NCBI GenBank assembly: GCA_028534125.1
Contig: CM052818.1
Location: 37,512,001-37,576,000 of the forward strand
Source of the DNA: Lama glama
Taxonomy: Eukaryota
Length of the DNA: 64,000 bases
Reading direction: 5' to 3'
Shown: one piece after another, positions 24,375 to 38,060 of the stretch
How the letters are laid out: every line of letters begins with the position of its first letter
Position numbering within the stretch: the stretch's first letter is position 1
The notes under the pieces: model-generated
Databases searched by the model: none
Told to the model about the DNA's origin: nothing
What the model saw: only the letters and a program-made list of their open reading frames with translations
Program-made: the position numbers and the translations under genes

Positions 24375-25261
24375 TTTATTTATTTATTTTTCTATCAAAA
24401 TATAGTCAGTTTACCACCTTATGTTAATTTCTGTCATGTAGCATATTGGTTCAGTTTGCACGTATATTCCTTTTCATGTTCTTTTTCATTATAGGCTACT
24501 TATTACTAGCTATTAAATATAGTTCCCTGTGCTATAGAGTAGGACCCTGTTGTTTATCTATTTTATATATAGTGGTTAGTATCTGCAAATCCTGAACTCC
24601 TAATTTATCCCTCCCCTCCGTCCTCTTCCCCCTGGTAACCATAAGTCTGTTTTCTATGTCTGTGAGTCTATTTTTATTTGTAAATAAGTTCATTTGTATC
24701 ATTTTTTAGATTCCACAAATAAGTAATATCATATAGTAGTTTTCTTTTTCGTTCTGGCTTACTTCACTTAGTATGACAATCTTTAGATCCATCCATGTTG
24801 CTGCAAATGGCATTATATTATTATTTTTTATGGCTGAGTGGCATTCCATTGTGTATGTGTGTGTGTGTATATGTATGTATGTGTATATATATGTGTATAT
24901 ATGTGTATGTATGTGTATATATATATATATCTCACAACTTCTGTATCCAGTCATCTGTCAGTGGACATTTAGGTCATTTCCATGTCTTAGCTATTGTAAA
25001 TAGTGCTGTTATGAACACTGGGGTGCATGTATCTCTTCCAATTAGAGTTTCCTCTGGATATATGCCTGGGAGTGGGATTGCTGGATCATAGGGTAATTCT
25101 GTTTTTAATTTTTTAAGGAATCTCTATACTGTTTTCCATAATGGCTGCACCAAACTACACTCTGACCGGTGTGAGGTGATACCTCATTGTAGTTTTGATT
25201 TGCACTTCTCTAGTAATTAGCAATATGGAGCATTTTCTCATGTACCTATCGGCCATTTGTA
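24375..25261 (-). mobile_element. 5'-truncated younger L1 (cetartiodactyl/camelid-type 3' UTR) with TSD
   Basis: T-rich tail from 24375; the minus-strand ORF encodes the ORF2 C-terminus (MPFAATWMDLKIVILSEVSQ); TSD AAAGACCTTAAC at 24363-24374 and 25264-25275, followed by CTT/AA, resembling an L1 endonuclease site. Confidence 0.93.
24850..24930. repeat. (TG)n/(TA)n compound microsatellite inside the L1
   Basis: Read directly; the homologous position in the L1 at about 62820 has only a short TA run. Confidence 0.9.
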
Positions 25262-25379
25262 CAAAAGACCTTAACCTTAAAAGGTACCACTCTGTAGTTT
25301 ACAAACTCTACCTTTATACGGCACCCCAACACTCCAGGAGCTCTCATATGGAAGGAGATACGCCAGTACTATTTATTGA

Positions 25380-25530
25380 CTATTTATCAGCTGTTGTACC
25401 CAAGGGACAAGTACTAAAAGCCTCCAATTTTACATATGGGGAGATTTTGTCATAATAGCAGTGATTCACCCAGGGTAAGACTACAAACTCGGGAACACAA
25501 ATTCCAGAGTCCCACTCCTATTCACTACCC
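25380..25530 (-). mobile_element. MIR fragment
   Basis: CCAATTTTACATATGGGGAGA...AGTGATTCACCCAGGGT. Confidence 0.55.
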
Positions 25531-25969
25531 TCTCCGAATTATAGGTACTCGCCTCTCTGATACTCCCCAAGCCCCAAATAAACAGTACACTTCTGAGTTC
25601 ATTAGTTTCATATATTGAGTTTTTACGGAATATTTCAAATGAACAGTGTTTAGTGGTATACCACTGATGTCCGTAACAGAGACAAATAACCCAGGCTGTG
25701 CTCATATAATGTCTTTTCTAGAGCCTTTCTTGGCTTCATGTAACAATGTATCATAAAACTAATATTTTCATTCAAAATGATATCATTTGGAGTAAAATGC
25801 CAACACCTGGGCATAGAATAAGCTTTGTTCATCATGTAGTGTAAATTAAGCACTATCTGAGCCCCTGGGCTTGGACTGAGATCCCTTTGCTTTACTCTCC
25901 TTGTTGCTGAATATACTGATGCTTTAAGTTAACCAAGTGACATATGATGATACTATTATGTTTATGGAA

Positions 25970-26132
25970 TATAAGATACCGTAGGTAGCAGACGCACCAT
26001 TGTTTTATGTGTCACTAAGACAAAAAAATACTACAACTAACTACATGATGATATGCAGCAAATACAAAACGGATTTAATTTCAGACATGTTAAAATGTGA
26101 AAAATATGCATCTTAGCCTTAATTAAATATAA
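25970..26132. mobile_element. Ancient DNA-transposon MITE remnant (family uncertain)
   Basis: AGACGCACCATT.TTTTATGT..CACTAAGA...CAGACATGTTAAAATGTGAAAAA.ATGCATCTTAG resembles recalled mammalian MITE ends. Confidence 0.5.
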
Positions 26133-26209
26133 TTACCTTCAATTCTCTTGTGAAATTACTGGTCGTAAGCTTTTATCTTACTGAAAGGAGAAATAATTTA
26201 CTCTCTGTA

Positions 26210-26465
26210 AGTACAGTCTTGGTTAAGAAAATGAACTCTAGATGTGGACATAATAGGTTAGAATTCTGACTTCACCTCACACAAGCTGTATTATATTAGA
26301 CAGCTTACTTTCTGTTATTTAGTTTCATCATTTATAAATAACAATGAATAATATTATCTACCTCATGGCTTTGTGAAGATGACAAAGGGTAATTCACATA
26401 AAATTGTTTAGCACATAATACGAAGGTTGCTTAGTGCAGAACAGATGTTAGTATTTATATTTTAT
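26210..26465 (+). mobile_element. Near full-length MIR SINE
   Basis: GGTTAAGA...ACTCTAGA...AATTCTGACTT.ACC...AGTTTCATCATTTATAAA...ATCTACCTCAT...TTTAGCACA. Confidence 0.8.
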
Positions 26466-26509
26466 AATCAGATTCAAAAATATTAAAGAAGGTTATGAGT
26501 ATTTTGTTC

Positions 26510-27018
26510 AAGTGTAGAAAATGACCACAAATACTTTGAAGTTTCTCCCATCAAAAGGAATTCTTTATTTTTCCACCTCGTAAGTGGGAGCTTAGCCATA
26601 AGAATTTCTTTGGTCAATGGGAAACTAACAAACATAATGCAAGCAGAAGCTTGAAAAGTGTTATTTTCCTCCATCCCGGCAATGAATTTCCTCCATCCTA
26701 GATAATAAAAGACATGGAGGCATCTCCCCAGCTGACATCAGGCCAACAATCAGAAACATGAAAGAAACACCATCCCCATATTAACAACTTGCCAAATGCC
26801 AGGAATGAATGTGGGGCCATCCAAGACCAGCTAGCCCTCAGCTGATCCACCATCTGACTGCAACTGGTTAAATAAGCCCAGGAAAGTATAGCAGGAGGCC
26901 TGCCCAGCTGAGCCCAGCCCAAGATGCTGATCCACATATTTGTCAACTATTAACAAACAGTTGTTTTAAGCCACTAAGTATCAAGGTAGATTGTTATGCA
27001 GCAAATCTAACTGATACA
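26510..27018 (+). mobile_element. Solo MaLR LTR (MLT1F/G/H-like)
   Basis: AAAATGACCACAAATACTTTG...CCCAGCTGAGCCCAGCCC...TTGTTTTAAGCCACTAAGT...TTGTTATGCAGCA...AACTGATACA. Confidence 0.85.
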
Positions 27019-28030
27019 ACTGTGGAGACACAGTATTTCCTTGTGACTGTTTTTTTCCTTTTCTTTTGATGTGTCTTTATTGGTCTTACATTTATTTTTA
27101 AATAAAGTTCAACATGTGTGAAATCCAACTTTAATGAAATCTATTCAACTTGTCAGCAAGATTTGAGAACCTTTCAAGCTTCCTACCTATATTTTTGTGC
27201 TAGAAACACATTTTAATTTCTTCTGAGTTTTCACTTTAAACTTTGATGCATTTTCAATAGTAGAGAGACATTTCAAGTAGAGGTGTACAGGGGCTTCTCT
27301 ACATCTCTGTTTTGGAAAGTTTAAATAAATAAATAAAATAGAGCATGTAGGGAACATAATGTGTTGACACCTCACAACTTAAATAGGTCTTTGGGAGCCT
27401 GTTTGATTGAATTTTCTCTAAAGTAATATTAGGCTTTTAAAGCCCAGTCACAATTAGAAATAAATCCACGGAAAAAACTTGACACGCAGAAACAACACAA
27501 AGTCCCCAAGTGTCAAAAAGCAGCAGAATGAATGTGCTATAAACACAGACCCTAGAAGTGTGTTCAGAGTGCTAACCATGAGCTCTCAGAAGATGCTGCC
27601 CTTCTGGCTCCAACTTCAATAGTCAATCCTTCATTGCCCTTGAGAAGTCAAATCAGTGTTTTCCTGAAGGTCCCGGATGTCCATGGAGGACTGAAGAATT
27701 GTGTTTTCCACTCTTAGGCAAGTCAGCCTCAGTATTAAAACCCATTGGACAAGGCTGAACAACAGAGGCAGCAGTAGTGTCTGAGTCACTGTATGTTTGA
27801 TATCGAAACAAAAAAATCCCACGAGATTCATTGTAGAAAACATATGTCAGCGTTTGTGGCTCTGCATTAATGCAGAAACCTATTCCCTGAAATTAGGGAC
27901 AGCTTCAAAAGCATCTGCCTTGGTGTAAATTTTATTTCCTACAGAATTTACCACAATGTTGATTTTATTTGAAAATGTAAAGTGCAGTTATATGGAATTA
28001 CTCCTATTAATGTAGAATTATAAGTCTCAA

Positions 28031-28078
<48 letters not shown>
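28031..28078. repeat. (ATT)16 microsatellite
   Basis: Read directly from the sequence. Confidence 0.97.
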
Positions 28079-28081
<3 letters not shown>

Positions 28082-28982
28082 AGTAGTAGCAGTAGTATCA
28101 GCAGCCTACAGAATTACTGTTTATAGAGAATTGTTTTCTCCAGTAGAGACTTACTTCCTAGAGGATCAAAGCTGTGCCTAATACACTTCTGATCCCCTCC
28201 CCTCCCCTTTGAGGGTCTTTCAGTACCATCCTTGGCCTTCCACAGATGCGGAGTAAAGCACTTTCTAGCAGATAAGTCAGCTAATGTTTTCATACACTTT
28301 TTCTAGCATACATATCTTGCCTCTTTTTCCATCTTCATGACCAGTAGAGCGCTGAACATAAAGAACGTGCTTAATAAAATGGACCAGCTTTGAGGCCAAC
28401 ACGTTCTCTGAGGATGATAATGCCAACTAGGAAATGACGTTTTTTAATCTGCATATTCTAAATTTTCACATATGTATTGAATCAAATAGAAGACTGTCTT
28501 CTGGTACCAGACAACTTGATTGGAAATTATTAACACTCCTTCAATGAAAAACTAATTTGGAGGACTCTGGAAAAACTGGAGAGAAAGAGATTAGAAATTG
28601 TCTCACAATTCTTGCCTCTCACATCGCCAAATGGAAATTAGCATAGAGTTTTCAGACCCATGCTTCATAACCATTTAATAATTAAGGAAAGGGAAGATCT
28701 GAAATCCGTGGGATTCTGCCAAGTATCCTCTGTGCTGGCCTGTGGGCCATCTCACTATTTATTTGTTTTGTTTTTTGTTTTTAAATTTATTACCACTCAT
28801 GTTAATGTTCTTCACTAAAAAAAGTAGGTCAATGAAAAGACAGTTTCCATCATACTTATGCATGTTTTTGTAACATGTCATTAAATATTTACATACCCAT
28901 CTCTTCTACCCATGACTGAGTTATTCTATAATGTATGCTTCTACCTTTTGTCTGGTGACTCGCATAGCATCAGTTGCATAAT

Positions 28983-29390
28983 GTTTCATTTATCTATTGC
29001 TGGATAACAAAATACCCCAAAACTTAGTAGCTTAGCATAACAGCGGTTTCTTTTTTCTCCCGATGCTGTGAGTCTATGGGCAGTCCTCTGCACTCAGTTG
29101 GCAGCTGAGCTGGTGCTGGAAAGTCCAAGATGGCCTCATTCATATGTTCATCAGGCAGTGTTGGCTGTTGGCTGGGCAGCTCAGTTCTCCTCCACATGGT
29201 CTCTCTTCTTCTATTAGTCTAGACCAGCTTCCCTAGTGTATGGTGATTGGATTCCAAGAGAATGAATCTCAAGCTGCCAGGCTTCTTAAAGGCTGGGACT
29301 GGGACTGGCACCATGTCACATCTGCTGCATTCTATCAGTCAGAGAAAGTCACAAAGCCAGCTCAGATTCAAGTGGAAGTGAAATTGCAAA
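28983..29390 (-). mobile_element. MaLR LTR (MLT1H/I/J-like) inserted into an L2 3' end
   Basis: TATCTATTGCTG.ATAACAAA.TACCCCAAAACTTAGT.GCTTA...GTCCAAGATGGCCTCA.TCA...AAGTCACAAAGCCAGC.CAGATTCAAG; the L2 tail AAATATTTGTTGAAT follows. Confidence 0.85.
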
Positions 29391-29589
29391 GTTAGTTGGT
29401 TCGTTGTTAACAAATATTTGTTGAATAATGAGTAAATGAATAATGGGAAAACCCAGTCCAGATGATGGCCAGACCTGAGAAGGATCAAATATTGCAAAAA
29501 GAACATAAGCATTGCCTTTTCTTCCTCTTTCCCTCTCTCTCTCCCCTCCCCGTTTTTATTCATTCAGAAATTTTAAATAATCAGCATTT

Positions 29590-29950
29590 TTGAAAGAGAA
29601 TGAAGTGACTGGCATGCCAGATAGAGGGAACACCCTATGCAAAGAGCTAAAGCAATGTAATTATGTGACGGGTTTGAGGAACAGCAAGCAATTCAGTGTG
29701 GCAGATAGTGTGAGATGTCTGTAGAGGAGTAGTGAGGAATGAAGCTGAAAATGCTTAAGGAGGAGCTTGTATGTCATAGAAGGAGATGAGCTCTTTAGGA
29801 GATCCAAAGGACATTTGTTCTTTAAGCCACGTAGAGGTGAAGGATTGAAGTAGGATGACGTCGTGAACATCACGATGAGTGTTTTTCCTTATAGGTCTAA
29901 AATGGACCACATGGACTCTAGGGAGGACAGAAGTCACAGCTGTCTTGTAC
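29590..29950 (-). mobile_element. L2 fragment
   Basis: CCAGATAGAGGGAACA.C.TATGCAAA...TTTGAGGAACAGCAAG. Confidence 0.6.
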
Positions 29951-32900
29951 TTTGCTAGGTCCTGTATTCTTAAAACTCTGCCTGAGGTAACCTACCATGT
30001 GCCCAATTAATTTATGATGATTAAATGCTTGATTGTTGAGTGAATGAGGTCCTCATGTGCCAGACTGTTCCAAAAACTAAACGTAAGGGAGCTCGTGCAG
30101 GGGGCCTCTGGTCTTTGTTAGAAGCTGTTGATGATCAACTCTATGTCCAGGCTTTGAAAGCCACGATGGAAAAAAAGTAGATCAGCATGAGACCTTGTCT
30201 GACTAATTCCTTCACTGGGAAAACTATTTGGAGAGATCACATCACCTTATTAACTTTGGACCAAAAGACACATTCTGAAGACATATATTTCCTATGTATT
30301 TATTTATATAATTAAATGTAAGTTTCCTTTATAAGTTATTTTAACTGTGTCATAAATATTTAACTGTTGGCATTTTACTTGTTTTCCTTATTTCGAAATT
30401 TTGCTACTTGGGATGAAGACTCTTATTATGTCCTTTGCTTACATCATGTTATGATTGGTATGATGGGAGTTATACTAAAGCTTACCTCCTCCCATTAAAA
30501 TTTTCCTATTTACAAAGCACTTTTTGTGCACATCATTTTGTTATAATATTGATCCCCACAGAAACTATATGAGATGGGCTCTTGGGTATTAGAATTCCCT
30601 TTACAAATCTCCCCCATTCAAAAAAAGTGCAGTTTTGATCATTTAAGTGACTCCTAGTGAAGAACTTATTCATTTATTCTAATTTCAGAGAAATTACTGC
30701 CAATGAACAATGTAACAATCCTAATAAAAGATGGTCTAATGAAGTTTGGAAGCGCCCTGAACTACTGCTTCCTGTACCTGAGATATGGGTTCTCTGCTCC
30801 ATGACCCGTGGTTGCCAATTTCATATTTCTTGGCAATTTAATGCTTCAAGCTGAACACTTGCTGGGTGACCAGGACCAAGAAGGGCGAGAAGTACATATT
30901 TTCCTTTAAGATTACTTAACCATCAAGGCCAAACGCCAAGTCCAAATTTGTATCATTCTGTGACATACGGGCGTGCCCAGCACTGTGCTTCACCATATAG
31001 GGGTGAAGAGATGTGAAACTGTACCTCTGGCTGTACCTTCAGAATCCTAGACAGCCTTTGAAGTCAAGTTGGAGAGCAGACTTTGGATTTTTAAAGGCAT
31101 AGCATGCGTGTTTAAGACCCATTATTCCAAAGACTGAAAACAAATCCTGCTGGGTATTAGAGAAAATGTAAATTTGACTCAAATTTCTTTATGGATTGTC
31201 ACTTACCTAAATCAATAGAATGATTATACTTAGGGACAGGTAGTGAGGAAGATAAAGTGATGATTTAAAAAAATCTTCTCAAAAAGGAGTTCTTTGTAAA
31301 TGAGAAATGAGGAGATAACTTCCTGAGTTTTATCAAGGATGTGGGGCAAAAAAAAAAAAATGCTCAAATGGACCCTTCCTATTATCATCCCTGTCTTCTT
31401 TCCTCCTCCTTGCCCTCCCCTGGTGTTTGTTTTAACGTCTCGCACATCCTAATTTATTCTTTTTTATTTTCATCCAATGGATGTGCCCAGGACGCTTTTT
31501 AATGCAATGTATTCAGACACAAATTCATTCTGGAGATAATGCTGTGTAACATTGGAGGGCATTAATCCTGGTAGTAACCTGTCTCCCCTCTGCCTTTCCA
31601 GTACCTGGAATTTTGTTGTGTATAAATTCATGCTCACATTTCTAAAGGTGTTACTTGGTGGGCTGATCTGGTTCCTTGTAGCTGTTAGGGGATAAGTTGG
31701 GGTATTCAATGTGGCAGTTTTAATGTCACAGTACAGACCATCTACATGTACCTGCCACTGCTCTCCCTGCCACCCCCAACACACACATATGTGCTCCTCT
31801 ACAAACTGGGAAGTATTCATCCTGACTCCTCATTCACAGGCCGTGTTATACAGTATCAGCATGCATTGCTTTGTCCCACCCCTCTGGTTTCCCCCAGGAA
31901 AGATTTTTCTCATGTACTCCTAGATTCTTGCCCTATTCCCTGACTCACTGCTTTCCAGGGGAAAAGGAGAGCATTCTGATGAATAATTCTGGGATCAGGA
32001 CCTATAGATTAGGAACATAGATGCTCCCCTTATCTTTGTGAGATACGTCTGCATGCAGAGAGCTTAAGCTTTGGTCTGCCTTTGGCCACATTGGTATGCT
32101 GACCTTCAGGTGAGGCCTCTGGTTTCCTAGCAGTGCTTGTAAAGAGGTGGGTAATTAAAATTCAGCGATGTAGTATTAACAAGTCAACAGGATTAAATCC
32201 ATATTCTCCAAGCCAGCTTTTGAGATCAAGAGATGTGATATGCTCATCTTCCTGATTAACTTCTCTTCAATGAGATCAGAACTGGGAGACAGAGACAAGA
32301 GTGCAGTTGATTTTTCCCCTTCAACCCCAACAACTATGACCGAAGTTTTCCTCTATGATTTGTTGTTAGACTCTTCCGAATGGCCTTCTACGAGATGAGA
32401 TCCTCTTTTGCTTTGGTTAGTAAGCTTGTATTAATCCCCTCCATAGAACTAGAAAGAAAAGTGCTTTGTATGTATGATGGTAAACAGCATAACCATAACT
32501 GCTGACCATCATGAACAAGACTGTGATAGTCCAGAGGTATGTGATTCATTTGGAATTTCCCTGCTAGAGACTTTTTTTTTAATGAAGAGGAGGTAGCAGA
32601 ATAAAGGGTAATGATTTTCATTTTTTTTCTTTTGTTAAGAGAATCCCTTTCTTTGAAGACTTAGTTTAGGTCTAATATGTAGAACAGATAAAAATGATGC
32701 TGCCAGAGATGCAATGGGGGGAAAGTCCACATTTGGGTCCTTCCTCTTCTTCCACTATGCCATCTCCAAGACACTCAGAACAGATGGCCAGGACTCATTT
32801 TTAAGACAGCGGGAAAAAGATGACTGCACTGGAAGCAAAGCACATGGGCATTTATGTCCATAAACACCTCAATGAACAAAGAACATTTGAACTGGTATGT

Positions 32901-34849
32901 TCATTTTCTCAGCTCCTGTTGGAAACAACTAGTCTTTTAAATGCCTTCTGGCTTGTAGAATCAAAAATAACATTTGAAAAGTAGAAGGTGACCCAATTTT
33001 TAAGTTCCTGTGGGTATCACATTTCAACATTCCATTCTTTAATTTTCTACAGTGTCTAGAATAGTACACCTGGCACAGAGCTGATCATCAATGAATGTTT
33101 GATGACTGAATGAGTGAATGAATGAACAGACAAAGTTGATAGCCATTCTTAGAAGCAGCAGAGTGCAAGAACTAGGCATGCAATATGTAATAAAGAATCT
33201 CATTCAGAAAGTTTCTCCATTGATTTTTTTCAAAGATCAGAAATCTATAGACCGAAAACTACCTTCTCCACCTTCAAAGGTAAATTTTCACAAAGAGAAA
33301 CCCCTATCTGTTGAAATATGCCTCTCTCCTGCTGAAAACACCTGTTCTCATAAATTTGGCTTCTTTCTCCTACCAAAGCATTGTGAAGAGACTACCCACA
33401 GGCTTTCCTGAGCAAAAAATACAAGGAAATAACATTGTTTTATTTAGGTAGCAAGACTGCTTGTTGATGAGAAAAGTTCTTTTTCAGGTGTATCTAAGTT
33501 TCTGACTTTAGCCACCTTTTTTTTTTCTTTTTCTCTAGAAGATAAATACTAGGATCTTTTTAAAAATAAATAGTGTTTCCCACCCCACCCCTATCACCTT
33601 GCTGCCTCCAAGCCATAACTGTTGACTATTACAGGAAGACCCTCTATAAATAAGGGATTTGTTTAGGATCATTCTTTTGTATCTGTGACACCTGTAATGT
33701 GTGCTGAATTCCAGAGCGCTGCAGCAAAGTCACGTGGGCATTGTGTGATAGTTTTAACGTTTGAGTGAAACAGCACTGTTTGTTGGACATGGCCCAAACC
33801 ACTGCCTCAAACAAGTCTGCAGTTTCGATGTTAGATTGAGCGACTTTCCTCTAGATGATGTCATGTTCTTATGACTGGGCTTTAGCAGGTTGCTATGGTA
33901 ACAAGAAAACATGGTGTGAAAAGCATCCTGGAACAGGAAATGGGGTAACAGTGCCCAGTCTGATTCCAAGGTCTGAGAAGTTGTACAGTGTCCTCAGTGC
34001 ACACAGCCCATAAATGAATAATTTTAGTTATTTACAAATGAAATAAAATGTTTGTTCTTTTAACATATGAATATTTTAAAATGGCTATGGAGTTGTTAAT
34101 AAATGACTATGGTTATTTGGATCTAACTACTTAATTAATTTGGTTCAGAGGCACTGCACTAATGATGATGGCAGACGGTGTTCAATTTCTAAAGAAGACT
34201 TTCAGGATCCAAAATGACAGCTTAAAAATCTATGGTTTATTAGAGGAAAAGGATATGCTTTAGAAACAGCATTAAAATAAGGATATGTTGCATTGCAGTT
34301 AAAGGCTGCCCCAAAGCAAAGATTCTTAGAGGCCTGGCCTGAGTTCCAGATTCTTCCCTCCTCCGGGCTATACTGGATACAATTCATCTCTTGGATCAGG
34401 AACTGCTAATTGTGTGTATTGAGCACCTTAGAACCAGGGACCTAGGATGGATCTTGGCAAGGGCCTCTTAAACCATTAAGCTTGCTGTTATCAATAAACC
34501 ATGCTATCAAGTTGATACAAACACCTACTCACTCACTGTTGCAAAGTGGCACTATTCATCATTAGGTTTGACACTTTGGCCTCTTTGTGAAAAAGGATAA
34601 TGGCAAAAAAAAAAAACAAAACAGAAAAATGAAAATTTTTAAAAAGAGAAAGAAAAATCAAAAGCATGTAAACCATTAGGTCTAAGACTGAATCATATGA
34701 GTAAGGCAGAGAACATAGGACAAAATATTTTCAGGACCGTGCACTAGTCTAGCAAATATGCGTTATAAATTATTTTGGGCTCCTGTGCTCCTCTTTGGTC
34801 CTCACTTCTTTTACTCAAGCTTTGAATAGCTTTGCAGTCTCACCTACTG

Positions 34850-35590
34850 ATGTGATTTAAACCATTGTCTACGTACTGACGACTCAAATCTCCATCTTCA
34901 ACTCAACGGCCTCCTGGGATCCAGCTTAAGACATCCAAACTCAGGCTCTCCCTTTACGACGTAGCCCAGGGTTCACAAGCTCAGCATGTCTGCAACATGC
35001 TTAGTATTCTCACCTCTGCCCAACTTTACCCTCAGACCTGCTTTTCTAGCCCAACTTCCTGTTTCGGTTAAATGGAACTGACACCTTTGATGTTATACCA
35101 CCTCAAAATCTGGCGGTTTTGACCATCCCCTAAATGTCTGTATCCTTTTAGGATTTCTTATGGCTACCCCAGAGCCATCGCTGCATTGTAGGATTTCCTG
35201 CATCATAAATGGTCACAGTTGTCTCCCAAACGCTATATCTCCGTCTAGTGTTTTTAGCCTCCACTTCTCCCTTCCTGTTTTTAGAGATCACAGTAACCAC
35301 CTTGTGCAGCTAAGACTGTGTTATTTCCTTCAGGTAAAATGGACTAACGGTTCCCTAATGTCAGCGTAAGTGAGTTCTTGTTTCCAATCGAAGCGCTCAG
35401 GGCTCTCGGTGATCTGGTCCTGCTCTCTCCGGCCACACTGCTCTTCCCACTGGGCGAAACGAAACTGGCCTGATTCGCGTTATTTGCTGTGCCCAGGCAG
35501 TTCCCTCTTCCTGGGATGGCTTCTCCACCTTTCCTGCCTGGTTACTGAGTTCAAATTCAGGCTTTATCTCTTCCAGGAGTTATAGCAAGG
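34850..35590 (+). mobile_element. L2 (ORF2-3' region) fragment
   Basis: CTGACGACTCAAATCTCCATCT...CTCAGCATGTC...TTCCTGTTTCGGTTAAATGG...TTCCCTCTTCCTGGGATG; L2 resumes after 36697. Confidence 0.7.
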
Positions 35591-36382
35591 ATTAAGCCTA
35601 AATGGCTCTTTTCATGAACCGGTGAGCTAACATTCCCCAGGTGACCTCCATGACTGTCATTCACAATCATGGGATAGGAGGGTTGCTGAAAAGACTCAAC
35701 AGGGAAAAACTTGATGCTCAGATGTCTAGAAATTATAGAGAGTGTGTGTCACAGCCAGTGTCTACTATTGAATCCATAAGAAGGAGAGGCTGCAGGTGAA
35801 ACCCAAAGGGAAAAAAATCATGCAGGACATGGTGCAAATCCTGCACAAGCAGTAAGTAGTGCTTCAGAAGCTGCTGAGAAAATGCAACCCTGAGGAGACT
35901 GGAAAAGGACGCAATCCCAGTGTGTCTCCTGCAGCGTGGGGCCTGAAGGGATCACGCTGCTGTTTGGCACCCCGGTGGCGTCGGGTTTGGCAATCTGGCA
36001 GGAAAGCAGAAGGCTCTAGGTCAGTGAAGAGGAAATCCCTTCACTGGTTTGTAAACAGCGAGCATCAACAGGAAAGTGGGATCAGAACAAATAAAAGAAA
36101 CATTGGGAGCACAGGAGACGTGACCTGGGGACTCCCAGAAACACCTGAGACGTCAATGGGGAGCTTTTACATCAGAAGTTTAGGGAGATTAATTTATTAC
36201 TATGACCACATTTATATCTCAGACTGCTGCTGCCGGGTACTGGTTGTCCATTTCACAAACTCCCATTCCTAATAGAACTTACTTCTTCCTCTGTTGTGCC
36301 TCGTCCGGTCCCTGCCCTCTGTACAGGGTATGGAAGCAACACTTGAATCGCATTCTCACTTCTGTGTCTGCGCCTGGCTGTG

Positions 36383-36697
36383 CAGTTGGCCTTCCATGTC
36401 TGCAGACTGAAAATACTCTAAAATAGCTCCACAAAGCTCCAAAAAGCAAACTTGAATTTGCCACATGCAGGAAACTATTTACATAGGATTTACATGGTAT
36501 TTACAACTATTTACATAGCATTTACATTGTATTAAAGATGATGCGTAACCTAGAGATGATTTAAAGTATACAGGCGGCTGTGCATAGGTTATCTGCAAGC
36601 ACTATGACATTTTATGTAAGGGGCTTGGGCACCTGAGAGTTTTGGCTTACGTCTGGGTCCTGGAACCAATCCCCTGCAGATGCTGGAGGGGGGACTG
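36383..36697. mobile_element. Tigger3a-like TcMar-Tigger MITE
   Basis: Imperfect TIRs CAGTTGGCCTTCC... and ...GGAGGGGGGACTG; internal AAACTTGAATTTGCC, ACTATTTACATAGCATTTACATTGTATTA, CTAGAGATGATTTAAAGTATAC, GTCCTGGAACCAATCCCC. Confidence 0.88.
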
Positions 36698-37879
36698 TTC
36701 TGTAAGCTCTTCGAGGTCAGGCACCACGCTCGTTCCTGTTTTTACCCTCACAGGGTACAGCGCCAGGAAAAGAGCAGACGTTCATTCACGTTAATTAACT
36801 AGGACTAAATGGCCTCAGAGACCATAGACAGGACTGGATGAGTGAAGTAGCATTTTCTAATTTGCAACTAAGAGGCAGCTAGCAAGCTTCCTCATATGCA
36901 AAGAAGTAGTAACTATCAAAGCACTATTAATCAAAGTGTGTTCTATTTCCTACCAGGCTTTCCTCGATAGGAAAATGAGGGAGGGGATTTATGCACAGGC
37001 ATAAATCAAGGTTCTTAACACTGAAGAGAGCTGTGTATTGCTAGAACCAGACAAATGACCCCCAGCATAAAAGAAAACAACATTTAAAACCTCTTTGGGC
37101 ACAGAATTCTTTCCAAGAACACTCAAGTTTTCTGTGACTGTGGAAATGTTGAAACAAGATTTAATACTGAAGAAGGGAGATTTACTTACGTATTGGAGCA
37201 TTGTTTGTGTCTTTTGTACCTAATTCTAGGATAACTTGGGTTTTCTTCTTGGCCATGTTATTGAACTGTCCCTGCAGTTTCTGCACATCAATAATAGATC
37301 TAGGAATTGTGTTGGAAATAAAAATAAATAAAAATCGCTTTACTGCTATTGCTCATTATGAATAATAAATATTCTTCTTGTTGCTAAAACTTCACCGTTT
37401 TGTGGAAAGAAGCCAGGGTGTCTAGCTGTGGAGAGTCAGGCGAAACCTGCCCAGGCCTGGGGAACTAGCTGTGAGTTTCAGTTATCACTGGATACCATGA
37501 GTGTATTGTCCAGGGCTGTGAATGTAGTCCTGCCTTTGATTTTGCAGCTATAGCTTAAAAGGTTACTGGTGGGAACATCCTTTACCTGAGATAGAAATAA
37601 GGATAGTCAATAGAAATGAAGGGAGAAACCCTTATATGGAATATATAATCTCCAACTGGGCCTTGGTTTTTGTATTCTCTCAAACTGTGGAGAATCCAAA
37701 CTATTTCCATTGTGAAAGAGAAGGGAAAAGAAGTTTTGCACACGTCTTAAGTACTACAGATAATTGTCAAAGAAGTATTTATTGATAGCCTCGAAACCCA
37801 CTAAGATGTCTTTACATTTTTCAGTATTCTTCGGGGTACTCATGAGTTCCAGTCTAGTAAGAGTATATTCTTTTTATAC

Positions 37880-38060
37880 TTACAGTTTGCTCTTTATATA
37901 CTAAACTCATTTAATTCTTACAAAAGTACCATTAAATGGGTTTTGTTATTATCACCATTTTCCCACGGGGAACCTGAGCCTTAAGGAGCTTAATGGGTTT
38001 CTCCACAGGCATTCATGTGGATACGGGGCATAGCTCGATCTGGAGCTCCACATCCACTAA
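37880..38060 (-). mobile_element. MIR SINE
   Basis: CTCATTTAATTCTTACAA...TTATTATCACCATTTT...GGGGAACCTGAG. Confidence 0.7.

Noticed and set aside
36470..36535. Internal ~31-bp tandem repeat in the Tigger3a-like element
   Set aside because: As I recall it is a feature of variants of this MITE family, so probably not locus-specific.
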